Positions 1-9,403 are shown, numbered from the stretch's first letter. The stretch: DNA of 64,000 nucleotides from an uncultured Christensenella sp. (GCA_964573405.1 CAZNJK010000003.1:3826-67825), one strand, 5' to 3'. The notes: a model not told the origin generated them from the sequence alone. Numbers and translations: made by a program.

Positions 1-1332
1 TTGACATCTATTTGCGTCTATGTATTGCAAGTCTAAGTGCACGCCACGTTTCTCTTGCGATAGGTCCATTAGAGTGCCCACATATTCTGGCGGAGTGAAT
101 ATCTCAACTCTAACCATCGGCTCTTCCATAAAATCAATACTTTGTGGCTCGGGAAGTTCACTAGGATTGCTTATGGTCACCACTTCGCCATTGGTTTTGT
201 GCACCAAATAACTTACACTAGGTGCGGTTGTTATAAGGTCAAGGTTAAATTCTCGCTCCAACCTTTCTTGAATAATCTCCATATGAAGAAGTCCCAAAAA
301 ACCACATCTAAAACCAAAACCCAGCGCTTGACTCACTTCTGGCGTATATTCTAGGGCATAATCATTAAGTTTAAGTTTTTCAAGAGCATCTTTTAGGTCG
401 TTGTACTTGCTGCCATCTACACAGAAAATTCCGCTAAACACCACAGGCTGTGGCTCTTTGTACCCCGCAAGTGGCGTGTCTATAGGATTGAGTGCGTCAT
501 ATATTGTGTCGCCCACTCGAGTGTCGCACACGGTCTTTATGGACGCACAAATATACCCAACATCACCCGCTTGCAAAACATCCGTTTCCTTAGTGTCGGG
601 CGCAAAATACCCAACTTCAGTCACATCAAATTCCTTGCTGTTGGAGAAAAATTTAATTTTTGTGTTTTTGCTAACTTTTCCGTCCACAATTCGAACTAAG
701 CATACAGCGCCCTTAAAGTTGTCATAATAACTATCGAAAATTAGTGCTTTTAGCGGGGCATTTTCGTCCCCCTTTGGTGCTGGGACATTCTCTACAACTT
801 GTCTTAAAACTGCGTCGATATTGATTCCGTCTTTGGCACTTATGGCTGGAGAATTGTCTGCTGGCAAACCTATAATATCTTCAATCTCTTTTCTCGCATT
901 CTCAACATCTGCACTCGGCAAGTCGATTTTGTTGATGACCGGAAGAATCTCAAGGTCGTTTTCTAGTGCAAGATACACATTCGCTAGGGTTTGTGCTTCA
1001 ACTCCTTGCGTTGCATCGACTATCAAAATAGCACCTTCACAAGCCGCGAGCGACCTACTTACTTCGTAGGTAAAGTCCACATGCCCTGGGGTGTCAATAA
1101 GGTTGAGTGTATATTCTTCACCGTTGTAGGTGTATTTCATTCGACTAGGTGTAAGTTTTATAGTGATTCCGCGTTCCTTTTCAATGTCCATACTGTCAAG
1201 GATTTGTTCACTCATATCCCGTTTTGCAACCGTTCCGGTACTCTCCAAAAGCCTATCAGCCAATGTCGATTTGCCATGGTCAATGTGTGCAACTATACAA
1301 AAATTTCGAATATGTTGTGTTCTTTCGCTCAT
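1..1332 (-). CDS. lepA: Elongation factor 4 (LepA), N-terminal ~444 codons; C-terminus lies beyond the window start
   Basis: Open at the window edge, so absent from the ORF track. Minus-strand reading from ATG at 1332 gives [30 protein letters not shown]...[10 protein letters not shown]...VINKIDLP (GTPase G1/G3/G4, LepA-type N-terminus). GGAG lies ~7 nt upstream. Confidence 0.93.
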   Translation of the reverse strand, partial: MSERTQHIRNFCIVAHIDHGKSTLADRLLESTGTVAKRDMSEQILDSMDIEKERGITIKLTPSRMKYTYNGEEYTLNLIDTPGHVDFTYEVSRSLAACEGAILIVDATQGVEAQTLANVYLALENDLEILPVINKIDLPSADVENARKEIEDIIGLPADNSPAISAKDGINIDAVLRQVVENVPAPKGDENAPLKALIFDSYYDNFKGAVCLVRIVDGKVSKNTKIKFFSNSKEFDVTEVGYFAPDTKETDVLQAGDVGYICASIKTVCDTRVGDTIYDALNPIDTPLAGYKEPQPVVFSGIFCVDGSKYNDLKDALEKLKLNDYALEYTPEVSQALGFGFRCGFLGLLHMEIIQERLEREFNLDLITTAPSVSYLVHKTNGEVVTISNPSELPEPQSIDFMEEPMVRVEIFTPPEYVGTLMDLSQEKRGVHLDLQYIDANRCQ

Positions 1333-1566
1333 TATTTGCTCCGTAAGTTAATATGTATATATTATATAAAAAAGCCAAAACTTAATCAATAAAAAATTTG
1401 GAATTAACTTAAAAAATTAGCATTTTCACCGAAAAGCAGCTGCAAATTTGTGCAAATTTAACGAATTTTGTTAAAATTGCTAGTCAAAATCAAATGACTT
1501 TGATATAATGAAAAAAATAAAATTATAATTGTGTCCTTAATCTCTAGGACTTTTAGGAATATATTT

Positions 1567-2442
1567 ATGAAATCAGAAAAGATGAAAAAAGCCATTGTCA
1601 AAAATAACGAGCCTTTTGTAGTCAGAAAAAAGCAAATGCTTAATCTAACCAAAAATGGCGAATTGGAAGATGTCAGACTTGAAGAAAATTATATGGAAGA
1701 AGTCTTAAAGCACAATTGGATTATAGATAACTATATCGCAAAATTTGGGTTTGTGACCGGTGACGCACCAGAGAACACTCTTGCTTCTTACAAAAATGCG
1801 ATTGACCACAACTACCCAATACTTATAAGTGTGCAGATGATTGACGACGGCGAGATTGTGTGTTTTAACCACAAGACGCTAGCGAGCGTGACAAAAGAGA
1901 GCGGATATATAACAAAAATGTCACTAAGTGAGATTAAAGAACTTAACATTGGTGACACTACCGAAAAAATCCCTACCCTAGACGAAGCCTTGGATTTTAT
2001 TGCCGGGAAAGTCCCTGTAATAATTGAAATACACAATGACGGCAATGTAGGAAAATTTGAGCAAAAGATTGCAGACACCCTTGAAAGATATATTGACAAG
2101 TTCAACTTATTCGATAGTGTTGCAATTATGAGCCTTAACCCTTACTCGCTAGAATGGTTCTTAAGTCAAGCCCCTTGGTTCCCTAGAATCCTTAGAAGCG
2201 GAAAGTTTAAAGTAAAAATGTTTGGGAGCATTAAGACCAAAAAACTTACTAAATTAAAACTTTACAAGATTGCACTACCCGACTATGTGTGCTACAATGC
2301 AAAAGACTTACCTTGCAAATACATCAAGAAAGTAAAGCCCGTAGGCGTACTTGCTTTCAATGTAAAGACGCAAAACGAATATATGGATGTTGCAAAATAC
2401 TGCGACAACATCATATTTGATGGATTTGAACCTTGCATTTAA
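1567..2442 (+). CDS. Glycerophosphodiester phosphodiesterase (GDPD)-family protein, catalytic motifs apparently degenerate
   Basis: ORF 1531..2442; ATG at 1567 follows AGGA. GDPD-like APENTL, DGEIVCFNH, IPTLDEAL and VIIEIH segments. The usual HRG and E-x-D positions read FVTG and SVQ. Confidence 0.6.
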   Translation: MKSEKMKKAIVKNNEPFVVRKKQMLNLTKNGELEDVRLEENYMEEVLKHNWIIDNYIAKFGFVTGDAPENTLASYKNAIDHNYPILISVQMIDDGEIVCFNHKTLASVTKESGYITKMSLSEIKELNIGDTTEKIPTLDEALDFIAGKVPVIIEIHNDGNVGKFEQKIADTLERYIDKFNLFDSVAIMSLNPYSLEWFLSQAPWFPRILRSGKFKVKMFGSIKTKKLTKLKLYKIALPDYVCYNAKDLPCKYIKKVKPVGVLAFNVKTQNEYMDVAKYCDNIIFDGFEPCI

Positions 2443-2473
2443 TTAAAACGCAATAAAAATTGATAAATTTAAC

Positions 2474-2510
2474 AAAAAAAGGCATATTTTTAATAATATG
2501 CCTTTTTTTA
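2474..2510. terminator. Bidirectional intrinsic terminator between convergent genes
   Basis: Hairpin aggcatatt / aatatgcct (about 2480-2503), flanked by an A-run upstream and a T-run downstream. Confidence 0.75.
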
Positions 2511-2527
2511 TACATCTTTTTATTTAA

Positions 2528-3007
2528 TTAAAAAAACCTAATGCCCAACATCTCGTACTTCATTAATCGTTTTTTAGCCGCTTTTCTAATTTCTTTAATA
2601 GTTTCATCTGCCAAGTTTTCTAGAGAATTAATGTTGTATCCTCTTAGTTTTTGCTTTGCGTCAGTTGTTTCACTTCTTAACTTTTTAAGCCCATGGAATT
2701 GGATGCTGTCCATTTCGTTAGCGGTCGCTAATTCGCTTTGGATAGCAACATAAATGTCGTCAAATTTTGACTTTGCTTGGTCGTAATTTGCTCTTGCTTC
2801 TCTCTTGCAAGTGTTGATAAACGAAACTGTTCCTTTAATTCTATCGAAAGAAACTGAATTTTTTTCTTCCAAAAGTAAGTCATCCTTAAGTGCTGAGCCT
2901 TTTTGGATGGCAGTCATAAGCAGTTCGACCCCTGCATCAACATTTGATAATTTTGCACCAATCTCTCTTTGGCATGCTTGGATATTTAATTCTTCTTTGC
3001 GTTTCAT
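2528..3007 (-). CDS. Hypothetical helical/coiled-coil protein (159 aa)
   Basis: ORF 2528..3073. Internal ATG at 3007 is preceded by AGGAGA (aaaggagataaaattATG). Charged heptad-like sequence; no family recognised. Confidence 0.55.
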   Translation of the reverse strand: MKRKEELNIQACQREIGAKLSNVDAGVELLMTAIQKGSALKDDLLLEEKNSVSFDRIKGTVSFINTCKREARANYDQAKSKFDDIYVAIQSELATANEMDSIQFHGLKKLRSETTDAKQKLRGYNINSLENLADETIKEIRKAAKKRLMKYEMLGIRFF

Positions 3008-3106
3008 AATTTTATCTCCTTTTTTGTTATTATACATCAATTTCATAGTGTTGTAAATACCTAAATTTTGCAAAATTGTTGAAAATTAGTAGTTTTAAAA
3101 ACTAAT

Positions 3107-4129
3107 TTATCGCTCCATTTCCATCGACTGTAGAATATACTCCATTTTATTGAAAATCATTTCGGAATTTGTTTCAGATTTCTTCTTATTATTTAATTGT
3201 ATGTTATTTTCTTTTGCCAAAATCTCTATTGTTTTTCCATCACGAGCAACTTGTTTCCTTGCCATCACATTTTCATAGGCTTTTTTAGTTGCGGAAATCA
3301 AGCCACATTTCGCACTTATCATACCAATGTTGTACCCTTTATTGTTTTGTTGAATGCTCGCAGTTGTATTGTCAAGAGCCTTTAGTGTTGCTTCCGACAA
3401 TTTGTGTTCTGCCGATTTAATTCCAATGTTTGCACCCGACACATCTTGCTGAGTACTTGCGACATTATTGTCAAGAGCCTTTAATGTCGCGTCTTTCAAA
3501 TCGCGTTCGGCGGAAATTATCCCAATATTTTTTCCATCAACATCTTGTTGAATACTTGCCTTATAATTATCCAAGGCTTTTAGCACTAGCCTTTCCATAT
3601 CTCTCTCGGCAGATATCATTCCTATGTTTCTTCCAATATTGTTTTGTTGGATGCTCGCTTCGTAATTGTCAAGGGCCTTTAAAGTCGCCTTTTCTAGTTT
3701 TTTATATGCCGAAAACATTCCTATGTTCCAACCTTTGTCATCTTGTTGAAGGCTAGCAACCTTATTGTCAAGGGCTTTCATTGTCGCTCTTTCAAGTCCG
3801 CAACTGGCACAATGCATACCTAGATTTACTCCATAGCAATCTTGAAATATTGGCGCTTCTTCATTATCTAACATCAACATTGCAACATCTTCCAATCCAT
3901 ACTTGCAAGCGAGAAGCCCTAAAGTATTGCCGGAATCATCTTCCCATGTCAAAATTTCAGGGAATCTTTTGAATGTTCGCTCAAGTGATTTCATATTCTC
4001 CTCGGGAGTAAAACTATAATGGTCGTACCATGTTTCGGGCTTTGCCATATGCTCAAACAATTCAATCATTGTACAAAATGCCACTCTTCTCTTTAATCTT
4101 TCACCACTAGTTAGTTTCTCTTCACTCAT
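3107..4129 (-). CDS. Ankyrin-repeat protein (about 7 divergent 33-aa repeats)
   Basis: 33-residue periodicity, e.g. NIGMISAERDMERLVLKALDNYEASIQQNNIGR, fits the ANK pattern G-x-T/N-x-L/G-H/M-x-A-A...LL...GA...D. AGGAG RBS and consensus promoter upstream. Confidence 0.75.
   Translation of the reverse strand: MSEEKLTSGERLKRRVAFCTMIELFEHMAKPETWYDHYSFTPEENMKSLERTFKRFPEILTWEDDSGNTLGLLACKYGLEDVAMLMLDNEEAPIFQDCYGVNLGMHCASCGLERATMKALDNKVASLQQDDKGWNIGMFSAYKKLEKATLKALDNYEASIQQNNIGRNIGMISAERDMERLVLKALDNYKASIQQDVDGKNIGIISAERDLKDATLKALDNNVASTQQDVSGANIGIKSAEHKLSEATLKALDNTTASIQQNNKGYNIGMISAKCGLISATKKAYENVMARKQVARDGKTIEILAKENNIQLNNKKKSETNSEMIFNKMEYILQSMEMER
3230..3934 (-). repeat. Tandem 99-bp (33-codon) intragenic repeats of the ankyrin gene
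   Basis: LKALDN(x)(x)AS(x)QQ...NIG(x)(x)SA recurs 5 times with high identity, plus 2 more divergent N-terminal copies. Confidence 0.7.
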
Positions 4130-4153
4130 CGTAATTCTCCTAAATTCAGTTTT

Positions 4154-4181
4154 ATTATATCATACTAATCCCTATTGTCAA
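4154..4181 (-). promoter_or_regulatory. Sigma-A-type promoter of the ankyrin gene
   Basis: Minus strand reads TTGACA - 16 nt - (TGa)TATAAT, about 24 nt upstream of the ATG at 4129. Confidence 0.6.
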
Positions 4182-4317
4182 GATGTTGTCTTTTCTAAAT
4201 TTGTGATTTGTTAAACAAATTTTAGAACTTTCTTAATTTCTCTATTTTTTGAGCAAATGTTTATTTTATGCTATCTTTTCGCATCCTTAAAATCCGTGTT
4301 TTTACTTAAAACAAATA

Positions 4318-4331
4318 CGAACAAATGTTTG
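4318..4331. promoter_or_regulatory. LexA-type (Cheo/SOS) box CGAACAAATGTTTG
   Basis: Matches the Gram-positive consensus CGAAC-N4-GTTYG. Lies 20 nt upstream of the rarA -35. The same 14-mer occurs at 40000, and its near-complement at 29239. Confidence 0.55.
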
Positions 4332-4351
4332 ATATTATTGTGAATTATCAA

Positions 4352-4380
4352 TTGACTTAAGTCGCAAAGTATAGTAAAAT
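4352..4380 (+). promoter_or_regulatory. Sigma-A-type promoter of rarA
   Basis: TTGACT - 17 nt - TAAAAT, 29 nt upstream of the ATG at 4410. Confidence 0.5.
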
Positions 4381-4409
4381 AATTTTGTTTTTAGAAAGGG
4401 AAAATCATT

Positions 4410-5705
4410 ATGAATTTATTTGAAGGAAACATAAAGCAATATGCCCCACTTGCGGATAGGTTAAGACCTACTACTTTAGACCAATTTATAGGGCAAGAAC
4501 ATTTAGTACATAGCGGGAGTTTGCTTGTAAGGGCAATAGAATCTAGTTCTATTGGGAGTTGTATATTTTGGGGTCCACCGGGCACCGGCAAAACAACAAT
4601 CGCAAGCATTATAGCAAATAGTTGTAACGGAATTTTCAAAAGACTTAACGCAGTAAGTAGCGGGGTCGCCGACGCAAAAGAAATAATCACGCAAGCAAAA
4701 AGCATGTTGGAACTATATGGCAAAAAAACATATTTATTGCTTGACGAGTGCCACAGATGGAGCAAGGCTCAGTCCGATTGTGTACTTGAAGCGATTGAAA
4801 CGGGTTGCATTGTATTTATAGGTAGCACGACCGAAAATCCATACATCAATATGACTCGCGCGATTGTTAGCAGATGTCAAATATTTGAATTTAAGCCACT
4901 TAGCGAAAGTGCCATTGACAAAGCATTGCAAAATGCGGTTGTTAACAAAGAAAAAGGATATGGAAATATAAATGTCAACCTTCTTCCCGAAGCAAGTAAG
5001 CATTTCGCTTGGGCAAGCGGTGGCGACCTAAGAAGTGCTTACAACGGGCTTGAATTAGCCGTAAAAACCACCCCCGCCGACGCAAACGGAGTGATAGTGA
5101 TAGACAAAAAAGTGGCGGAAGAATGCATACAAAAACGAGAACTTGCACTTGACGAAAACACCAGTTTTGATATGTTGTCAGCGTTTTGCAAAAGTCTTCG
5201 CGGAAGCGATACTGACGGGGCTTTGTTTTGGGCTCAAAAACTACTGCTTAGTGGCTACGACCCACTTATCCTTGCTCGCAGACTTGTAGCACACGCTAGT
5301 GAAGACATCGGAATGGCAGATAGCAATGCAGTTTTGCTTGCAATTTCGGCGCTTATAAGTTGTGAAAAACTGGGAATGCCCGAGTGCAATCTAACATTGT
5401 GTCACGCAATCACATATATTTGCGAAGCGGAAAAAAGCAATTCCGTATATATTGCGATGAGCAAAGCACAAGAATCAGCCGAAAAACACAAGGACGCTGT
5501 TGTTCCAAATCACCTAAAAAATCACCATACTGGCTATTCTGACGGCACTGGCAGTTATAAGTATCCGCACGACTTTGGCGGATATGTAAAACAACAATAT
5601 TTGCCAAGCGTGTGCAGTAACGACATATATTACACCCCGCTAAACAACGGAAGGGAAAAAGGAATGACTCGCAAAAAATTTGATAGCCGAGTAAAGAAAA
5701 AATAA
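4410..5705 (+). CDS. rarA: Replication-associated recombination protein A (RarA/MgsA AAA+ ATPase)
   Basis: PLADRLRPTTLDQFIGQEHL, Walker A GPPGTGKTT, Walker B LLLDECHRW, then the MgsA C-terminal helical domain (SALQKSIRGSD-like CKSLRGSDTDGALFW). Confidence 0.9.
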   Translation: MNLFEGNIKQYAPLADRLRPTTLDQFIGQEHLVHSGSLLVRAIESSSIGSCIFWGPPGTGKTTIASIIANSCNGIFKRLNAVSSGVADAKEIITQAKSMLELYGKKTYLLLDECHRWSKAQSDCVLEAIETGCIVFIGSTTENPYINMTRAIVSRCQIFEFKPLSESAIDKALQNAVVNKEKGYGNINVNLLPEASKHFAWASGGDLRSAYNGLELAVKTTPADANGVIVIDKKVAEECIQKRELALDENTSFDMLSAFCKSLRGSDTDGALFWAQKLLLSGYDPLILARRLVAHASEDIGMADSNAVLLAISALISCEKLGMPECNLTLCHAITYICEAEKSNSVYIAMSKAQESAEKHKDAVVPNHLKNHHTGYSDGTGSYKYPHDFGGYVKQQYLPSVCSNDIYYTPLNNGREKGMTRKKFDSRVKKK

Positions 5706-5785
5706 CTTAAAATCAACAAAAAAACACATTTTAAATTGAGATATTTCCCCTAGGGACACTCAAAATAAGATGTGTCTTTTTTATT

Positions 5786-7774
5786 TTATTTAGACTTTTT
5801 TCTCTTCTTTTTTTCGACTTTTTCTGCGACTTTTGTTTTGTCGTAAGTTTCTTCTTTATAGTCATAAAATTCTACAATTGTTTTGTCGTATATTTCTTGG
5901 GTTTGTTTAAGCAAATTCTCTGTGTTTTCGGCAACACTCAAATTTGGGTCGGGATAAATTGGCTTACAAATGTTGACCACTACCCTATATTTCTTAATGC
6001 TATATGACTTTTTGAAGCATATTATCATAGGAATGATTGGCACATTAAATTTGCTCGCATAATGGAATGCACCTTTCTTTAATGGTCGGGATTGCTCATA
6101 TTTTAGCCACAACGACTGCTCCGGATAAAAATGTACAAATCCGCCATTCTCAAATATTTGACCTAGGCACTCGTTAAACTTCTTGTTGTTAGATAGGCTT
6201 GACGACAACGGCAAGAATCCGCCCGCCTTCATTGTTGCACCAAATAGTCCCTTTTTGTTGTTGTGCTCCGCTCCAGTGATGTAAAAATTCTTAAACGACA
6301 TCGCTTGGAAATTCCAAAGGGAGTCAAGATAATGCACGTGGTTGGATATAGTGATTCCGTTTTTAACTTTTCTTAAATTCTTACGGCCTTTAATTTTAAT
6401 TCCAAACCCCACATAGTTTACAAGCGGGCCTATAAGATACATAACCGATTTTATAATAGCCCTATATATTTTAAATAGCGGATTTTTTGGCTTGTAGTCG
6501 TAATTCTCCGGCAATTTACTCATATTTTCGTAATTAATAGGGGTCGTAAATGAATCAAATTTTCCTTCGCTCGCCAACGTGTAAAGCCTATTTAAGTACT
6601 CGTCTTTGCTTATTGTAATATGTTCACTGCTAAGTTCTTCATCAATCATTTGTGACGCTTGCTCGCCACCATTTTTGGTCATATCAAATTTTAACAAGTT
6701 TTCTTTATATTGCTCAAGCAATTCGCGATTGTCTATCCACTGCTCGACTTGTTCTTTTATAAGTTTTGGCTTGTAAATAGCGACTCCACAACCATATGTG
6801 TCGATAAACAATTTGGTTGTTGCTTTCTCAATTGGGTGGGCATAATAATCCACAAGCACCGGCGTACCCATAAACACGCTATCCAAAATAGCATTAGGGC
6901 CAGCCTTTGTGATAAACACATCGCTCGCCTTATAGTACTCATATACTGTAGGGCAAAAAGGAAGAATAATAAATGTAATATTTGGCTTTATATTCTTCAT
7001 TTTCTCGAAATATGCTTTTACCTTTTCATTTTTTCCAGCAAGCAAAATTATAGTTATGGGCTTATCAATTTTTAGCAATTGCTTCGTGACTGATTTTGCC
7101 TTTGCACAAGCATACACACCATCCGCCACCATACAACAAAACTGGTCTAAAGGAATGCCAAGTTTTTTTCTTAGTTCTTCCTTCGATTGCGTACACTTTA
7201 GTAGGTCTTCCCTTGCCGTAAAAAACACTTGTTTTACTCGCTCTGGGCTAAATCGCCTTTTGCCGACCGCTTCGAAATATGCGTTTTCGTTGTTTACAAT
7301 AAATAACGAATCACGATTGTCCCACCAAGGATGAACATTGTTGTCGGGGTTGTAAGTGATAATTTGGCAGTTTTTGTTGTACTTTTTCTTGTATTCAAGC
7401 CCCGCAAAAGTCATATAATAATGGGTACTCACTATGCAGTCGGGTTTATAGCGGTCAAAAGCTTCTAATGTAGATTTTAATGCTTTTGGCGTAAATACAT
7501 GGTGAAAAAAACGCATAAGTTTTTGTTCACCAAGTACATTCATCAAGAAAAATACAAAATTGCCAAAACCTTTAATTCTATTGGTATTTTTGGTCTGGTC
7601 AATTATAAATTTCTCCAGCCTTTGAGTGTGTTTGTCACTTCTCATTACATATTCGTCAAGTATTTCGTACTTATCACCATAATACTTCTTTAAATTATCC
7701 GATATTGACTTTATGGAAGTAATGTGCCCCATTCCCGACTCCATATAAGTCATCAAAACTCTCTTTTTCTCCAT
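5786..7774 (-). CDS. Fusion protein: MGDG-synthase/UgtP-like glycosyltransferase (N) + PlsC-type acyltransferase (C)
   Basis: N-terminal MESGMGHITS... is a GT-B diacylglycerol glycosyltransferase pattern. The C-terminal ~230 aa carry the acyltransferase H-x4-D motif (NHVHYLD) and FYPEQS. One 662-aa ORF with no internal stop. Confidence 0.75.
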   Translation of the reverse strand: MEKKRVLMTYMESGMGHITSIKSISDNLKKYYGDKYEILDEYVMRSDKHTQRLEKFIIDQTKNTNRIKGFGNFVFFLMNVLGEQKLMRFFHHVFTPKALKSTLEAFDRYKPDCIVSTHYYMTFAGLEYKKKYNKNCQIITYNPDNNVHPWWDNRDSLFIVNNENAYFEAVGKRRFSPERVKQVFFTAREDLLKCTQSKEELRKKLGIPLDQFCCMVADGVYACAKAKSVTKQLLKIDKPITIILLAGKNEKVKAYFEKMKNIKPNITFIILPFCPTVYEYYKASDVFITKAGPNAILDSVFMGTPVLVDYYAHPIEKATTKLFIDTYGCGVAIYKPKLIKEQVEQWIDNRELLEQYKENLLKFDMTKNGGEQASQMIDEELSSEHITISKDEYLNRLYTLASEGKFDSFTTPINYENMSKLPENYDYKPKNPLFKIYRAIIKSVMYLIGPLVNYVGFGIKIKGRKNLRKVKNGITISNHVHYLDSLWNFQAMSFKNFYITGAEHNNKKGLFGATMKAGGFLPLSSSLSNNKKFNECLGQIFENGGFVHFYPEQSLWLKYEQSRPLKKGAFHYASKFNVPIIPMIICFKKSYSIKKYRVVVNICKPIYPDPNLSVAENTENLLKQTQEIYDKTIVEFYDYKEETYDKTKVAEKVEKKKRKKSK

Positions 7775-7848
7775 TAGTACAATTCCCTTTTAATCAAATT
7801 GTTATGATTATTATAGCACTATTTCAAATTCTTACAAACAAATTGCAC

Positions 7849-7876
7849 AAAAAAATCACCCATAATATGAGTGATT
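7849..7876 (-). terminator. Intrinsic terminator after rnpB
   Basis: Minus strand reads aatcac-(11 nt)-gtgatt followed by TTTTTTT, immediately 3' of the RNase P RNA. Confidence 0.6.
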
Positions 7877-7877
7877 T

Positions 7878-8210
7878 GGTCAGAATAGCCGTAAGCGGAG
7901 TTCTGTATTAAACGATTATCTATCTAGAACTAATGTCACCATTAGTTTCAAGCGGTGTAACGAAGGACTGCCGAGTCAGGTTATAACGCCCTTCTACCTT
8001 GCACCAAGTGGGGTTTACAGAATTCTATAGTTACCTATAAAATTGGTGTGCTCTTACCACGCCTTTCCACCCTTACCACATCGCTGTGGCGGTATATCTC
8101 TGTTGCACTTTCCTTAGAGTCGCCTCCACCAGCCGTTAGCTGGCACTATGCTCTGTGGTGCTCCGACTTTCCTCAAGAATTTCTTCTCGCAATCGTATGT
8201 CTATCTGACT
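7878..8210 (-). ncRNA. rnpB: RNase P RNA, type A
   Basis: Minus strand contains GAGGAAAGTCGGAGC, AGTGCCAGCTAACGGCTGG, AGTGCAACAGAGA, GGTAAGGGTGGAAAGGCGTGGTAAGAGCACACC, GTAAACCCCAC and ACAGAACTCCGCTTAC. A P1 pairing (GTCAGATAG with CTATTCTGAC) joins the two ends. Ends are approximate. Confidence 0.92.
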
Positions 8211-8216
8211 TTAATT

Positions 8217-8245
8217 ATTATATCACAAAATTCAATTTTTTGCAA
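8217..8245 (-). promoter_or_regulatory. rnpB promoter
   Basis: Minus strand TTGCAA - 17 nt - TATAAT, placing the start about 7 nt downstream at the inferred P1 5' end. Confidence 0.65.
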
Positions 8246-8251
8246 CAACTA

Positions 8252-9319
8252 TTACATCGTTCGGTCGTTTTTTGATAGTTTTGCAATGTTTTCTTTCATT
8301 TCGTTGTACAATATTTTTGGGTTGATGTTAGGGTTGTCCAAACATCTATTTATAAACTTCAACTGTTCGTCATGGCGATGAGACGCTTCAACATATCGCT
8401 TGTCATTAAGAATTTCGTAAGTTTTCTTACAATCTTCATACAACTCTACAAGCGGTTGTTCGTCTTCAACATATTTTATTTTTTCGCCAAATGGTGCTAG
8501 AAGTCTTATGTATCTATCAAGTTCGCGATTGTATTTTGCCGTGATTGAGTGTCTTGACTTGCTATTTGCGTGCTTCAATCTTATGTTAGTATTGGTGCAG
8601 AACATTCTTTCATCTTTATCTTTAATATCGGGAATCTTTTTCGTGAACATAATGTTTGCCAATTTCTCAAAATCTCTATCCAATTTTGGATTGTCAATTT
8701 GTCCAATTCTGTCTTCCATCCTATATAATCTACTTTCAATGTATTTGCCAAGTTTTGCGATATCATCATAATCCGTAAATTCACCGCTAAAGTCTTTAAC
8801 TAGTCGCATTGCAATCTCATAACCATTGGTGCCAATGCTATCGCTTACCACATCATTCTCGAAAAAACTAAGTAGCGTATCCATATTTTGAAGTGTGCTA
8901 GGAAGTGTCATATAAGTACTGCACACATCATTCAAGTTGTGATACTCAAAAGCAACTTTTTTGCCATTACGATAATATACGTCGTCTTTTACTGTTTTAT
9001 TGATGATCGTTTGAATAGCATTATCCACCAATACACTGGCATTATATAACTGCGTAAAACGATACATATCTACAAGCCAATCAATCTTATCGTGGCCGTT
9101 AGAAGTAGGCACAAAAGCCGTTCTTTCTTCTACAACTTTCTCCAATGCCCCAGTTTCACTATTTCTTACAAATTTAATAATTTCGCCAGTCTTAACAGTC
9201 TTTCGGTCAAATAACCAATCTTGAAAACGGCTTTCATCTCTCATTTCATCAGAAAATTTTCCAAGTTCATCAAAAATTTGGTTTCTTAATTTATTAATTT
9301 TTTCAACTCTATAATTCAT
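8252..9319 (-). CDS. Hypothetical protein (355 aa), no family recognised
   Basis: ORF 8252..9322; the second codon ATG at 9319 follows AAAGGGG. Own promoter (TTGAAA ... TGtGATATAAT) at about 9335-9370. The stop abuts the rnpB promoter. Confidence 0.6.
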   Translation of the reverse strand: MNYRVEKINKLRNQIFDELGKFSDEMRDESRFQDWLFDRKTVKTGEIIKFVRNSETGALEKVVEERTAFVPTSNGHDKIDWLVDMYRFTQLYNASVLVDNAIQTIINKTVKDDVYYRNGKKVAFEYHNLNDVCSTYMTLPSTLQNMDTLLSFFENDVVSDSIGTNGYEIAMRLVKDFSGEFTDYDDIAKLGKYIESRLYRMEDRIGQIDNPKLDRDFEKLANIMFTKKIPDIKDKDERMFCTNTNIRLKHANSKSRHSITAKYNRELDRYIRLLAPFGEKIKYVEDEQPLVELYEDCKKTYEILNDKRYVEASHRHDEQLKFINRCLDNPNINPKILYNEMKENIAKLSKNDRTM

Positions 9320-9403
9320 CAAAATTATCCCCTTTTATTTGTTACACAAGCATTATATCACACCAATTATCTAATTTCAATAGGTAAATTGCGATTTAAT
9401 GCT

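Noticed and set aside
4391-4765. 124-aa minus-strand ORF overlapping the 5' part of rarA. The same applies to many similar antisense or shadow ORFs in the track, e.g. 6710..7075, 12822..13328, 24437..25369, 35639..35954, 40968..41423, 51455..51901, 56346..56705 and 62217..62942.
   Set aside because: Each lies entirely inside a well-supported gene on the opposite strand or in another frame. They lack an RBS and have a low-complexity composition typical of shadow ORFs.
8048-8381. Plus-strand ORFs 8048..8275 and 8148..8381.
   Set aside because: They lie antisense within the RNase P RNA gene and its promoter. They have no RBS and are explained by rnpB.
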